Positions 1 through 9,920 are shown, numbered from the stretch's first letter. The stretch is 64,000 nucleotides of DNA from Candidatus Bathyarchaeota archaeon (GCA_963706285.1 CAVPLU010000004.1:64001-128000); one strand, 5' to 3'. Notes: generated from the letters alone by a model not told the origin. Numbers and translations: made by a program.

Positions 1-884
1 TGGTATCTACAACCCGTTGGCGGGTTGATTGGGCTGGGGATCTCGCCTTTTGGAATGATACGCTTCAGCTTTGCTTTGGGGTCTGGCACGGGTATTGAGG
101 ACAGTAAAGCCAATGTGTAAGGATGTATAGGGCGACCAAACACGTCCTCTTTCGAGCCTATCTCCACGATCTTGCCTAGGTACATTATCGCGATCGTGTG
201 GCAGACATAGTTGGCCATCGCAAGATCATGAGTTATGAAGAGGTAGGTTAGATCGAACTCTTTCTTCAATTCGAGCATCAATTCGAGTATCTGAGCTCTA
301 ACTGAAACGTCAACCATTGCGATGGGCTCGTCGGCCACCACGAATTTGGGATTCAGCACCAGTGCTCTTGCAATTACTACCCGCTGTCTTTGTCCTCCGC
401 TAAGCTGGTGGGGATAACGGTTGCAGAAGTTGCTCCAAGGTTTCAAGCCAACCCGTTCCATTATCGCTCGCGTTCTCTCAATCTGCTCACTCGGAGTTCC
501 CACTCCCTGAAACGACAAAGCATGCCTTATCGCGTCACCCACGTTGATGCGTGGGCTCAGTGACGCCATAGAATCTTGGAAGATCAACTGCATATTCTTC
601 CGGAAACTGCGCAGTTCTTCACCGTGGAGCGTGACAAGATCTACTCCGTTGAAGACGATACTGCCGGATGTGGGCTCTGTCAGCTTGAGGCAGAGTCGTC
701 CAGTCGTGCTCTTTCCGCTGCCGCTCTCGCCTACTAGTCCAAGAATGTCTCCGCGATTCACTGAGAATGATATGTCGTCTACGGCGTGAACGTAACTCTT
801 CTGTGAAGTCAACAGCCTATCTAGGAAGCCCTTCTCAACAGGATAATACTTCTTCAGATTCGTTACGGTGAGCAGGCGATCCAT
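1..884 (-). CDS. oppF: Oligopeptide/dipeptide ABC transporter ATP-binding subunit (3' end outside window)
   Basis: Manual translation from ATG 884: MDRLLTVTNLKKYYPV...GLVGESGSGKSTTGR...RYPHQLSGGQRQRVVIA; Walker A and ABC signature; open to the window edge. Confidence 0.92.
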   Translation of the reverse strand, partial: MDRLLTVTNLKKYYPVEKGFLDRLLTSQKSYVHAVDDISFSVNRGDILGLVGESGSGKSTTGRLCLKLTEPTSGSIVFNGVDLVTLHGEELRSFRKNMQLIFQDSMASLSPRINVGDAIRHALSFQGVGTPSEQIERTRAIMERVGLKPWSNFCNRYPHQLSGGQRQRVVIARALVLNPKFVVADEPIAMVDVSVRAQILELMLELKKEFDLTYLFITHDLAMANYVCHTIAIMYLGKIVEIGSKEDVFGRPIHPYTLALLSSIPVPDPKAKLKRIIPKGEIPSPINPPTGCRY

Positions 885-890
885 TGCATC

Positions 891-1850
891 TTACCTCTTG
901 TCGTAAAGGTGGCAGGCAACCTGTGAACCATTGTGGATCTTGAGCAGCGGTTCCTCTCTTGTGCAACGATCGAAAGCGTGTGGGCACCGTGGGTGGTAGA
1001 GACATCCTGGCGGGGGTTCTGCTAGGTCGGGTGGCGCACCAGGAATCCAAGAGAGCACTTGTCCCTTCTTGGTGATATTTGGCACAGAGTTCAGGAGTGC
1101 TTGTGTGTATGGGTGCAATGGTTTCTCGAACAAGTCATTGGTCTCGCCGACTTCGGCAAGTTTTCCAGCGTACATCACGGCAACACGATCTGCAGTCTCT
1201 GCCACAATGCCGATATTGTGTGTGATCAGAATCAATGTGAGTCCTAGGCTTTCTTTGAGTTCTTTGAGAAGTTCAATAATTTGAGCTTCAACTATCACGT
1301 CAAGGGATGTTGTTGGTTCGTCCGCGATCAGCAAATCTGGTCCTAGGACCAAGGCCAATCCGATCATGACTCTTTGTCTCATTCCACCGCTGAATTGATG
1401 AGGGAAGTCATCAATTCTTTCGAGGTTTATGCCGAGGCGCTCAAGCGTCTCTTTTCCTCGATTCAATGCATCACTCTTGCTGACTTCAGGTTCGTGTGTG
1501 TGGATCATTTCTACGAAGTGATCGCCAATTCTCTTGACAGGATTCAGAGACGTCATGGGGTCTTGGAAGATGTATCCGATTCGTTTTCCTCTTATCTTAC
1601 GTATTTCTTCGTTTGAGCAGTTTACGACGTCAATTCCGTCAAGAGTTATTTGTCCGCCGACAATCCTGCCAGGTTGAGGAACGAGACGCAAAGTCGAAAG
1701 GCCAAGCGTGGATTTTCCGCATCCTGACTCCCCAACCAAGCCGAGTGTGTGGCCTTTTTGCATCTCCAAAGAGACTCGGTCGACCGCTTTCACGTTTCCT
1801 CTCAGAGTGTGATACTCTACGACCAATGACTCGATGTTAAGCAGAGACAT
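891..1850 (-). CDS. oppD: Oligopeptide/dipeptide ABC transporter ATP-binding subunit
   Basis: GESGCGKS, FSGGMRQRV, ADEPTT, C-terminal oligo_HPY Cys motif (HPY...GCLYHPRC...C...C). Confidence 0.95.
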   Translation of the reverse strand: MSLLNIESLVVEYHTLRGNVKAVDRVSLEMQKGHTLGLVGESGCGKSTLGLSTLRLVPQPGRIVGGQITLDGIDVVNCSNEEIRKIRGKRIGYIFQDPMTSLNPVKRIGDHFVEMIHTHEPEVSKSDALNRGKETLERLGINLERIDDFPHQFSGGMRQRVMIGLALVLGPDLLIADEPTTSLDVIVEAQIIELLKELKESLGLTLILITHNIGIVAETADRVAVMYAGKLAEVGETNDLFEKPLHPYTQALLNSVPNITKKGQVLSWIPGAPPDLAEPPPGCLYHPRCPHAFDRCTREEPLLKIHNGSQVACHLYDKR

Positions 1851-1859
1851 GTCGTCGAT

Positions 1860-2753
1860 TCACCTTTGGAGGCGCGGGTTGTATAGTTCGCTCAGGCCTT
1901 CACCTATCAATGTGAATCCTAACGCGAGCAAAACGACCATAATGCCTGGGAACGTTATGACCCACCATGCCCCGCTAGTTAGGAGTCTCCTGCCGTAAGT
2001 CAAGTCCCAACCCCAGTCGGGAGTGGAGACAGGCAAGCCTAAGCCTACGAAGGTGAGGCCGGCGGCTGTGAGAATCGCGTCGGCGAAGTTGATCGTTGCA
2101 ATAGCTACGATCGACGGAATGACATTAGGAAGAATGTATCTGAATAGGGTGGTTCTTCCATTAGCGCCCATCATGCGTGCAGCTTCTACATACGGGAGTT
2201 CCTTGATTGAGAGGACTTGGCTACGGATTATTCTGTAGTAGGATGGAACGTAGACGACTGCAATCGAAAGAGCCATGTTGATGACTCCAGGCCCAAGCAT
2301 GGCCGCGATTGCTATGGCAAGCACTAGGCCCGGGAACGCGTAGATACTGTCCATCACCAATGATGTGAGCTTGTCTGCGTATCCTCCAGTGTATGAGGCA
2401 AAGAGACCGATTGGAACTCCTATGATCAGGCAGACGATGACGGATAATACTGCCACTTGAAACATTATGGTTCCACCGGATATGACTCTGCTGAGCATGT
2501 CTTGGCCAAGATGATTCGTGCCTAGCGGAAACTGATATGATGGCGGCGAGAGTAGAGGTCCGACGTTGATCGCGATCGGATTGTGAGGAGATATCAGGGG
2601 TGAGAATATTGTCATTATCGCGAGCGCCACAACTATCACTGTGCCCGCGATTATGGCCCATCCAGCCAGTCCACTCTGTTCGAGTGAAACAATCCTTTGT
2701 ATGAGGAGAACTAGCATTCTTCCACGCGTTTGGTCGTCGCTCAAGTTTTTCAC
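1860..2753 (-). CDS. oppC: Peptide ABC transporter permease (OppC/DppC type)
   Basis: LGTNHLGQDMLSR, EAA loop YVEAARMMGA, TM helices. Confidence 0.93.
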   Translation of the reverse strand: MKNLSDDQTRGRMLVLLIQRIVSLEQSGLAGWAIIAGTVIVVALAIMTIFSPLISPHNPIAINVGPLLSPPSYQFPLGTNHLGQDMLSRVISGGTIMFQVAVLSVIVCLIIGVPIGLFASYTGGYADKLTSLVMDSIYAFPGLVLAIAIAAMLGPGVINMALSIAVVYVPSYYRIIRSQVLSIKELPYVEAARMMGANGRTTLFRYILPNVIPSIVAIATINFADAILTAAGLTFVGLGLPVSTPDWGWDLTYGRRLLTSGAWWVITFPGIMVVLLALGFTLIGEGLSELYNPRLQR

Positions 2754-3785
2754 CTAGAGCCTAATTCGAGGATCCAAATACGCGTACAGCATGTCGACTA
2801 CCAAGCTTACAGCTGTGACGAGGAGGCCAAAGAACACTACAACTCCTTGAATTGCGGTGTAGTCCCTGAAACTGATCCTATCAACCAGATACCTGCCAAG
2901 CCCAGGCCACGAGAAGGTGGTTTCAGTCAAGATTGCACCGGCAAGCAGCGCGGCGAATTGCAGCCCCATCATTGTAAGGATGGGGAGGAATGCGTTTCGC
3001 AGCGCGTATCCATAAACAACGGTTCGTTCCTTGAGCCCTCTTGCTCTAGCCGCTGTGATGAAATCGAGTTGCAGTGTCTCCAGCATGTTACTCCTTGTCA
3101 GCCTAATGAAAATCCCACAGAGAACAAGCCCGAGCGCTATTGAAGGGAGAATGAGATAACGTATTGACAAGTACAGTTTCTGCATGTCGCCCTCTAGCAG
3201 ACTGTCCAGCACATACAGCCCCGTGGCATAGTGTTGTCCGCTGATCAATAGGCCGGCAGGCGATATACCGGGATACATTCGTCCGCCAGCCGGGAGCCAG
3301 CGCAAATAGATCCCGAAGATCATGATAAGAACCTCGCCAAGAAAGAACACCGGTATCGCGTAAGATGTGATGCCGAAAATTCGTATCGAGTGGTCTTTCG
3401 TCGTATTGTACGAGCGAGCCGCGGTCGCGCCCAGAAATACACCTAGCACCACCATGATGATGGTCGATGCTATCGCAAGTTCAAGCGTCGCAGGAAACGC
3501 CGAGAAAATCTGCTGGGATACAGGAGAAAAATCCTGCATTGATATACCAAAATCTCCTCGAACCAGTGCAGCGAGGTAGTCGAAATATTGCACGATAAGA
3601 GGTCTGTCAAGCCCCAATCGCTGCTTGAACACGAGTAGAGTTGCTGGAGTAACGTTCTTCTCAAAATGAAGAGATGCCGGATCTCCCGGCAGCACTCTGA
3701 TGATCAAAAAGACAAAGGTGAGTAGTAGCATGATCATCGGAATGGTCAGCAGAATCCTTGCGATGATGTAGGACCTGAGACTCAT
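2754..3785 (-). CDS. oppB: Peptide ABC transporter permease (OppB/DppB type)
   Basis: Start re-called at MSLRSYIIARILL; LPGDPA, GDFGIS, DFITAARARGL, ETTFSWPGLG. Confidence 0.93.
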   Translation of the reverse strand: MSLRSYIIARILLTIPMIMLLLTFVFLIIRVLPGDPASLHFEKNVTPATLLVFKQRLGLDRPLIVQYFDYLAALVRGDFGISMQDFSPVSQQIFSAFPATLELAIASTIIMVVLGVFLGATAARSYNTTKDHSIRIFGITSYAIPVFFLGEVLIMIFGIYLRWLPAGGRMYPGISPAGLLISGQHYATGLYVLDSLLEGDMQKLYLSIRYLILPSIALGLVLCGIFIRLTRSNMLETLQLDFITAARARGLKERTVVYGYALRNAFLPILTMMGLQFAALLAGAILTETTFSWPGLGRYLVDRISFRDYTAIQGVVVFFGLLVTAVSLVVDMLYAYLDPRIRL

Positions 3786-3861
3786 GACGATTCGAGGGAG
3801 TGTGGGCGATAGATAAGAATTGCCTGAATTGCAGCCACTAGAATTCGGGTCTTTGAAGAAA

Positions 3862-3908
3862 CAGAGCCTCACGTGGTGGCTCTGAATAAAGAAAAAAAGA
3901 AAAGAGAA
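3862..3908 (-). terminator. Oligo-T tract followed by a 7-bp hairpin between the SBP gene and the first permease
   Basis: Minus strand TTTTCTTTTTTTCTTT just after the SBP stop; CAGAGCC/GGCTCTG inverted repeat at 3862-3884. Confidence 0.6.
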
Positions 3909-3931
3909 GTTTGTGTCGGGGTAGCAGAGGC

Positions 3932-5683
3932 CTATGTCTTTCGCTTGCGCAGCATAATCACAGCGCCGACGATTGCAAGGATGATGCCAACTCCGATTGC
4001 TCCGAGGGCCAATTGGATAGTTGCCGCTGGTGTTGCTCCAGTGTAGCCAAGCCCCGTAAGCGTAGAAGTGACAAGTGCCATGTTCGCGTCTCCGAGTGTC
4101 TTGTAAGCATCTTGGTGGAACGCCATTCCGTTAGGTATCATGCTGTATAGAGGCACTGCTTGTCCTAGGAAGACCGTGTCCACTACCTCTTGTCTGTTGA
4201 GTGCTGCCGCAATCGCCTGTCTGACTTCGGGTTTGTCGAATGGTGGAGTTCGTTCTTGGAAGCATATGTATTGGATGAAGGCGCCTGTGCCTTCCCAGAC
4301 CTTCAACGTTGAGTCTGACTGCATGTTCTTGATATCGCTTGAAGCTAGTTGTCTGAAGGCCATGTCAATATCGCCGGACTTTACCGCGAGGGCTAGTGCA
4401 GTCGAATCGCTGTAGAACTTGATGATGATGTGTTTGGATTTTACGTCCGCCGCGCTAAAGTAGCTCGGGTTTGCGTCGAGTTTCATCTCGTAGTCCTTTC
4501 CACCCTTTCGCGTCCAATCTGTCAACAGGTAAGGTCCTAGATCGTTGGGGTTGCTTGCGCGAGCGTTTCCGTCAGTGTACTGGACGGCTGTGCCTGGTGT
4601 GTTAGGGGCGTACTTCGGGTTCACGATATACGATCCAGAGAACGCCATCAGTGCTAGGAATGGTGAGAATTGATTCTTCAATGTGAAGACTGCTTGGTAC
4701 TTTGAGGCTGCCGTCACGCTTTTGATGATGTCTCCGTAGCCGAGTCCTACTTGTGGGCCGTCAGGCATTGCCAGTCCGATGTTTCTGTCGAAACTGTACT
4801 TGACCGCGTCCGCAGTGAACTCAGTTCCGTCAGAGAACTTTACGCCCTGTCTTAGGTCGAAGGTGTAGGTCAAGCCGTCAGAGCTAACCGACCACTTGGT
4901 CGCCAGCGCTGGCATGAAATCATTGGGGCCTGCAGCCGATCCAGGCTTGATATAAACGAGTGGAGCACCGAGGTTCACGATCATCTCGGATCCTCCGAAG
5001 AAGTCCCAAACCTCTGCTGGGTCAAGACTAGTTTCGACCGAGTCGGTTGTTCCCACAATCAGCGTATCCTTACCCGAAGGTGGACTGATGAGCCAGTAGT
5101 ACATGTTCTGGGTGATGTCTAGGTTCACGCCTGTAACGCCTGGTTTAGTCACAGCCCATGCTGAGCCTTGGAAGACGGGAACGATCGGTGCATCCTGCAC
5201 CATTATGGTTTGGATTTGAGAATAGAGTTGACCTCTCTGGGTTGCGTCAGAGGTTGACCGTGCTTGGGCAATGAGTTTGTCCATGTCTGGGTTGCTGTAT
5301 CCTGTTCCAAGCCAGCCACCGCCGACTGTGTCAAGGAATGGTTGGATATAGTCGTCGGGATCGAGGTAGTCAGGGTACCAACCATAAACATAGACTGGCA
5401 TACTGTGTGCGTCTCTGTTCGTCTTGTAACTTGCCCAGTCAGCGCCATGGAGGTTCACTGTTATCAGTCCTGTCTTCTCCATTTGTGACTTGTAGACTGC
5501 TGCTTGGTCCGCGCTTTGCGGGTAGTGTCCTGAAGATTCATACCACCAATCAATCGTGAGCTTCGGTGGGGGAAGCGTGTAGTAGTACGCTCCCACGCCA
5601 AGACTGGCGAGGCCAAGGAGCATTACGATGATTCCGATGCCTTGCATTCGCGCTATTGCTTTCTTGTTTAGTCCAAAAGTCAT
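3932..5683 (-). CDS. Family 5 (DppA/OppA-like) substrate-binding protein, circularly permuted, with N- and C-terminal membrane anchors
   Basis: Family 5 motifs LATKWSVSSDGLTYTFDLRQGVKFSDG, VRQAIAAALNR and GWYPDYLDPDDY are present but in permuted order. Confidence 0.92.
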   Translation of the reverse strand: MTFGLNKKAIARMQGIGIIVMLLGLASLGVGAYYYTLPPPKLTIDWWYESSGHYPQSADQAAVYKSQMEKTGLITVNLHGADWASYKTNRDAHSMPVYVYGWYPDYLDPDDYIQPFLDTVGGGWLGTGYSNPDMDKLIAQARSTSDATQRGQLYSQIQTIMVQDAPIVPVFQGSAWAVTKPGVTGVNLDITQNMYYWLISPPSGKDTLIVGTTDSVETSLDPAEVWDFFGGSEMIVNLGAPLVYIKPGSAAGPNDFMPALATKWSVSSDGLTYTFDLRQGVKFSDGTEFTADAVKYSFDRNIGLAMPDGPQVGLGYGDIIKSVTAASKYQAVFTLKNQFSPFLALMAFSGSYIVNPKYAPNTPGTAVQYTDGNARASNPNDLGPYLLTDWTRKGGKDYEMKLDANPSYFSAADVKSKHIIIKFYSDSTALALAVKSGDIDMAFRQLASSDIKNMQSDSTLKVWEGTGAFIQYICFQERTPPFDKPEVRQAIAAALNRQEVVDTVFLGQAVPLYSMIPNGMAFHQDAYKTLGDANMALVTSTLTGLGYTGATPAATIQLALGAIGVGIILAIVGAVIMLRKRKT

Positions 5684-6043
5684 ATAATTTTCCCTTAAGA
5701 AGACAGGTATTGCCTCGCGTGCGGATATAAGTCTAGGCCGCTAAATCGCGCTGGACGCCTGCTTGCAGCTCAATTGAAGGTAACGATTTGCACAAGTCTC
5801 GGTTTCTTCTAGGTTGTTCGAATCATTCAAGAAGCTGAGAATTGAGGCAGTGAAGGTTAGGTGGCTGTAATCGTCCCCAAAGACAGCGAAAGGGCTTCCT
5901 TCAGCCTCTTCTTTGAGTTTTCTTCGAATTTCTCGTATGAAATTAGCCCAAATGCCGGTTCATCGTTGGGGAAAACGATAGAAGCGGCGAGATGATCAGC
6001 AGAGTGAGTATCAGAACATCGGTACGGCGTGAGATAGTCAACT

Positions 6044-7303
6044 TTGTTGCGAGTATTCAATACGCTCACAATGCGCAAAGATGAGTTACCCGATCCGAAT
6101 GGGCAAGAAATCAAGGGATTTGTTTGTGGGCCCACTGTCTATGACTACGCACACCTTGGCCATGCTAGAACATACCTCGCTGTTGACATGATTGTCAAGT
6201 ACCTCCGCTTCAGAGGGTATCACCCATATTTTCTGATGAACATCACAGACATCGATGAAGGGATAATCAAGAAATCGGGTGAGACAGGCAGAAGCGTCAA
6301 GGAGGTTGCACGTGGTTTCGAAGAATATTTTCTAGAAGATATGAGGGCTCTAGGTATCGGGACTATCGAGAAATTCGAACGAGCCTCAGACCACATCCCC
6401 GACATAATACAACAGATTCAACAATTGATCTCAACCGGCTACGCCTATGAGACAAAGACCGGCGTTTACTTTGATGTTTCAAAGCTTGCAACCTACGGGC
6501 AGCTGTCGCGTCAAAGCAAATCGGATCTGAAACTCCGGCGACTCGAACTCTGCTCAACGAAACATCATCCAGAGGACTTTTCGCTTTGGAGGAAGTTCGA
6601 AGGAAGACCTCTATGGGATTCTCCATGGAGTCGTGGACGACCAGGATGGCACATAGAAGATACAGCGATCGCCATGAAGTATCTTGGCCCAACATACGAT
6701 ATCCATGTGGGCGGTGCCGAACTCGTCTTTCCGCACCACGAAGCTGAGATAGCTCAAGGCGAAGCGTTGAGCAAGAAAAAACCCTACGTCAAGTATTGGA
6801 TCCACACGGGAATGCTCAACGTCGGCGGCGTCAAGATGAGCAAATCGCTAGGAAACGTGGTGACGATTAGAGACGCCCTTGCAGACCACACTCCAGAGGA
6901 GCTAAGGATCTTCTTTGCGAGCACCCACTATCGACGCGTCACGAACTTCTGCAAGAGCAAACTCCTCGAAACCAAGAGAGAGCTTGAATTCATGCGAGAA
7001 ACCATAAACAAGCTTAGCGTCTCTTGCTCCGGGAAAGCTGCTAGCAAATCAGAAATGCACCTACTTGGAGATCTCTCGCGGGCTGAAGCTAATTTCAAGG
7101 CCGCCATGGATGATGATTTCGACACTCCAAAGGCTCTGAGAGTTCTATCCAAGTTCCTGCGAAACGCAAGGAGCCAGGTGAGAACCCACAAAGAATTGGA
7201 GACAGTTGCCTGCCAAGTCGTCGTGAAGAGGGTGCTTGCTATGGCCAACGTTTTCGGAGTGCTGGCATCTAGTACAGCCAAGCCCTCAACGGTTTCCGAA
7301 TGA
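6044..7303 (+). CDS. cysS: Cysteine--tRNA ligase
   Basis: CGPTVYD, HLGH (HIGH), GRPGWHIE, FPHHE, KMSKS, DDFDTP. Confidence 0.97.
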   Translation: MLRVFNTLTMRKDELPDPNGQEIKGFVCGPTVYDYAHLGHARTYLAVDMIVKYLRFRGYHPYFLMNITDIDEGIIKKSGETGRSVKEVARGFEEYFLEDMRALGIGTIEKFERASDHIPDIIQQIQQLISTGYAYETKTGVYFDVSKLATYGQLSRQSKSDLKLRRLELCSTKHHPEDFSLWRKFEGRPLWDSPWSRGRPGWHIEDTAIAMKYLGPTYDIHVGGAELVFPHHEAEIAQGEALSKKKPYVKYWIHTGMLNVGGVKMSKSLGNVVTIRDALADHTPEELRIFFASTHYRRVTNFCKSKLLETKRELEFMRETINKLSVSCSGKAASKSEMHLLGDLSRAEANFKAAMDDDFDTPKALRVLSKFLRNARSQVRTHKELETVACQVVVKRVLAMANVFGVLASSTAKPSTVSE

Positions 7304-7631
7304 GCGGTCGCAGGAACTTCCATAGGTCCGTGAACTTCTCAAAATAGAACCATTTGTCATTAGATCCAACAGTGTATTTCTTGGGCTGCTTATCTCGGAT
7401 TCGATCACAGAGATTGACGCAGTAGCTGCCTCGATAGAATCCGAGAAAAATGAATCCTCCGTTCGCTAGGTCAGGTCGGTTTCCTTCTATGCGTATTCCC
7501 TCGTCTTCGTCGAGTGCACTGATGAATCTCTTCAACAGTGGAAGATCCGCGATCCTTCTTTCCATGTATATCGAACGCGCTTGTCTCATGTCTATCCGTG
7601 CTGTCACTTTGCAGTCGATAAGCGGACTCAA
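7269..7631 (-). CDS. Hypothetical protein (start uncertain)
   Basis: Fills the gap between cysS and the CDF gene with globular-looking composition; overlaps the cysS 3' end by 35 nt. Confidence 0.6.
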   Translation of the reverse strand: MSPLIDCKVTARIDMRQARSIYMERRIADLPLLKRFISALDEDEGIRIEGNRPDLANGGFIFLGFYRGSYCVNLCDRIRDKQPKKYTVGSNDKWFYFEKFTDLWKFLRPLIRKPLRAWLY

Positions 7632-7704
7632 AAACCCTTTTACCGTTCGCGTTGGAACCTAGGCTTTCTTTCGGTTTCGAGAGAAGATTGGAGCAGATTT
7701 CGAA

Positions 7705-9096
7705 GTGGGATCACTGCAGGAGAAGAACAGGGTTGCTGTCTCCTCACTTATCGTAGCTATTGCTCTGACCTCTCTAAAGGCAATTGTTGGTATCCTAACT
7801 AACAGTTTGGGGATACTTTCTGAGGCCTTGCACTCGGGCCTCGACTTGGTGGCGGCTGCCACAACCGTCTATGCGGTAAGGACCTCTAGTAAGCCCCCAG
7901 ACGAAGATCATCTGTACGGTCATGGGAAATACGAAAGCTTCTCAGCATTGATTGAAACGCTTCTTCTTCTTGCGACTTGTGTTTGGATAAGTTACGAGGC
8001 GATACAGCGTCTATTCTTCATCCAAGTGCACGTGGAAGCGAGCCTGTACGGTTTTGCTGTCATGATCATTTCTATAGTGTTGGATTTTTCGAGATCCCGT
8101 GCATTGTATCGAGTTGCGAAGAAGTATCGGAGCCAAGCGCTCGAAGCAGACGCTCTCCACTTCAGCACTGACATTATGAGCTCTTTGACAGTTATTGCGG
8201 GACTGTTCTTTGTGAGTTTCGGCTACCATATCGCTGATCCATTGGCGGCTCTAGGCGTGGTTCTTGTTGTGGTTGCATTGAGCTTACGACTTGGCAAACG
8301 AACCATCCTTGTGCTACTAGATCGTGCGCCCGAAGGACTAGCTGAAAGCATCCGTGCCCAAGTAATGACGATACCAGGAGTACATTCATGCGGCCGAGTA
8401 AGAGTGAGACCATCTGGACCGCAAACCTTCGTTGATCTAGAAGTGTTCGTTGATCACTCAACGAGTTTCGATCGAGTGAACGCGATCGCGCTTGAGGTTG
8501 AGCAGGCAATTAGGAAACTGGAACCGAATAGCGACATTGTCGTAAGGACTAACCCGACCACCGAGCCAGAGACGGGACTGGCAGAGAAAGTCAGGAAAGT
8601 CGCAAGTGGCATTAGTGGAGTGAAGGGTATTCACAACATCGAGGTCCATGATGCGGAGAACGGGCTTCACGTTGAGCTGCATTTCGAGGCTGATCCTGAC
8701 GCCAGCCTTGAGAGTGCGCATGGAGTCGCCAGCAAATTGGAATCAGCGATTAAGGCGAGCATTCCTGAGGTCGCCCAAGTCGTGACGCACATAGAGTCAG
8801 CGGAAGAGATGCCGCTCACGAGTGCAGATGTGACCGTGGAATCGCAACGGATCGTCAAAGCTGTCAGAGACAACGTGCTGCAGGTGCCCGGCGTGAGACG
8901 CTGTCGCGATATCGCAGTTCACAACGCCGAAGATGGGCTTCATCTTACGCTGACGTGTGTTCTGAAGGCGGGACTTTCGGTGTCAGAAGCGCATGAGCTC
9001 TCGACGCGTATTGAAGATGTAGTGCGCGTTCGTGTTGATGGCGTCTCAAGGGTCTTCGTTCATGTAGAACCAGAGCTGAAAGCTGCTCTACCCTAG
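7705..9096 (+). CDS. Cation diffusion facilitator (FieF-like) with three tandem C-terminal dimerisation domains
   Basis: EALHSGLD, PPDEDHLYGHGKYE, LEADALHFSTD; three repeated CTD units ending VVRTNP, VTHIES and FVHVEP. Confidence 0.93.
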   Translation: MGSLQEKNRVAVSSLIVAIALTSLKAIVGILTNSLGILSEALHSGLDLVAAATTVYAVRTSSKPPDEDHLYGHGKYESFSALIETLLLLATCVWISYEAIQRLFFIQVHVEASLYGFAVMIISIVLDFSRSRALYRVAKKYRSQALEADALHFSTDIMSSLTVIAGLFFVSFGYHIADPLAALGVVLVVVALSLRLGKRTILVLLDRAPEGLAESIRAQVMTIPGVHSCGRVRVRPSGPQTFVDLEVFVDHSTSFDRVNAIALEVEQAIRKLEPNSDIVVRTNPTTEPETGLAEKVRKVASGISGVKGIHNIEVHDAENGLHVELHFEADPDASLESAHGVASKLESAIKASIPEVAQVVTHIESAEEMPLTSADVTVESQRIVKAVRDNVLQVPGVRRCRDIAVHNAEDGLHLTLTCVLKAGLSVSEAHELSTRIEDVVRVRVDGVSRVFVHVEPELKAALP

Positions 9097-9833
9097 ACTT
9101 TCACGCCGAGCGTTTTCATTAGAACTTCCTTGAAACTGATTGACCTTCCGCCAACAACTTTGAGTTTAGCTTTGATCTCGTCCTTGCTGACCTCGACTAT
9201 GTTGTATGAGTTGTGGAAGAATCCTCTAAGCCGCTCTGAGGACACGCTCCCAGCGTGTAGTATTGGAAGTTCCTGAACGTTCCACATCCATGGTCTATGT
9301 CTGTGCCCACCAAGGACCAGATCCGCTTTTGATCCGATAAGTGCCCGCAAGGCATCTCCCGCATCTATGATCGGGATGGTGTCAGGGCCAGTGTCAGGGA
9401 CTTGCACTAGATGATGATGCATGATGACGACTCGGCACTTACTCTTGTATCTCTTCAGAGTCTGCTGAAGCCAAACCACCTGACGATGGCCGATTTCTCC
9501 CTCATCCCTTTCAGGCCTAGCGGTACCAACAACGATCATCATGGTACCATCAATCATCGCGGTTCTTCTGAATCTGAAGGCCTGCTTGAAGAGTAGATAA
9601 CCGGTTGAACGATAATCGTGATTCCCACTCGTCACGACAACGTTCTTACAATTGAGGCCATCCAGTCTCTTCCTGGCCTCCCGATACTGGCTTAGAAGGC
9701 CACTGTCAGTCAGGTCCCCAGTGACCACGACTACGTCAGGATCGAGGTTATTGATTTCGCGGGCAGCCTGTTCGAATATTGACGGTTGAAACTCATGCCC
9801 GCAATGCATGTCTGATATGTGCGCTATCAGCAA
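9093..9833 (-). CDS. Calcineurin-like metallophosphoesterase (Icc/CpdA-like)
   Basis: HISDMH, TGDLTD, GNHD, MHHH, GHRH motifs. Confidence 0.9.
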   Translation of the reverse strand: MLIAHISDMHCGHEFQPSIFEQAAREINNLDPDVVVVTGDLTDSGLLSQYREARKRLDGLNCKNVVVTSGNHDYRSTGYLLFKQAFRFRRTAMIDGTMMIVVGTARPERDEGEIGHRQVVWLQQTLKRYKSKCRVVIMHHHLVQVPDTGPDTIPIIDAGDALRALIGSKADLVLGGHRHRPWMWNVQELPILHAGSVSSERLRGFFHNSYNIVEVSKDEIKAKLKVVGGRSISFKEVLMKTLGVKV

Positions 9834-9920
9834 ACGAGACCGACTCTACAATCATGGAATCTGAATGGCTGTCAGGGATATGAGTATGTGGTTCTCCACG
9901 CGAAGCTGCCTTGTAGGTGA

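Noticed and set aside
5857-6135. 92-aa minus-strand ORF between the SBP gene and cysS
   Set aside because: Its start lies inside cysS on the opposite strand and it has no recognisable motif.
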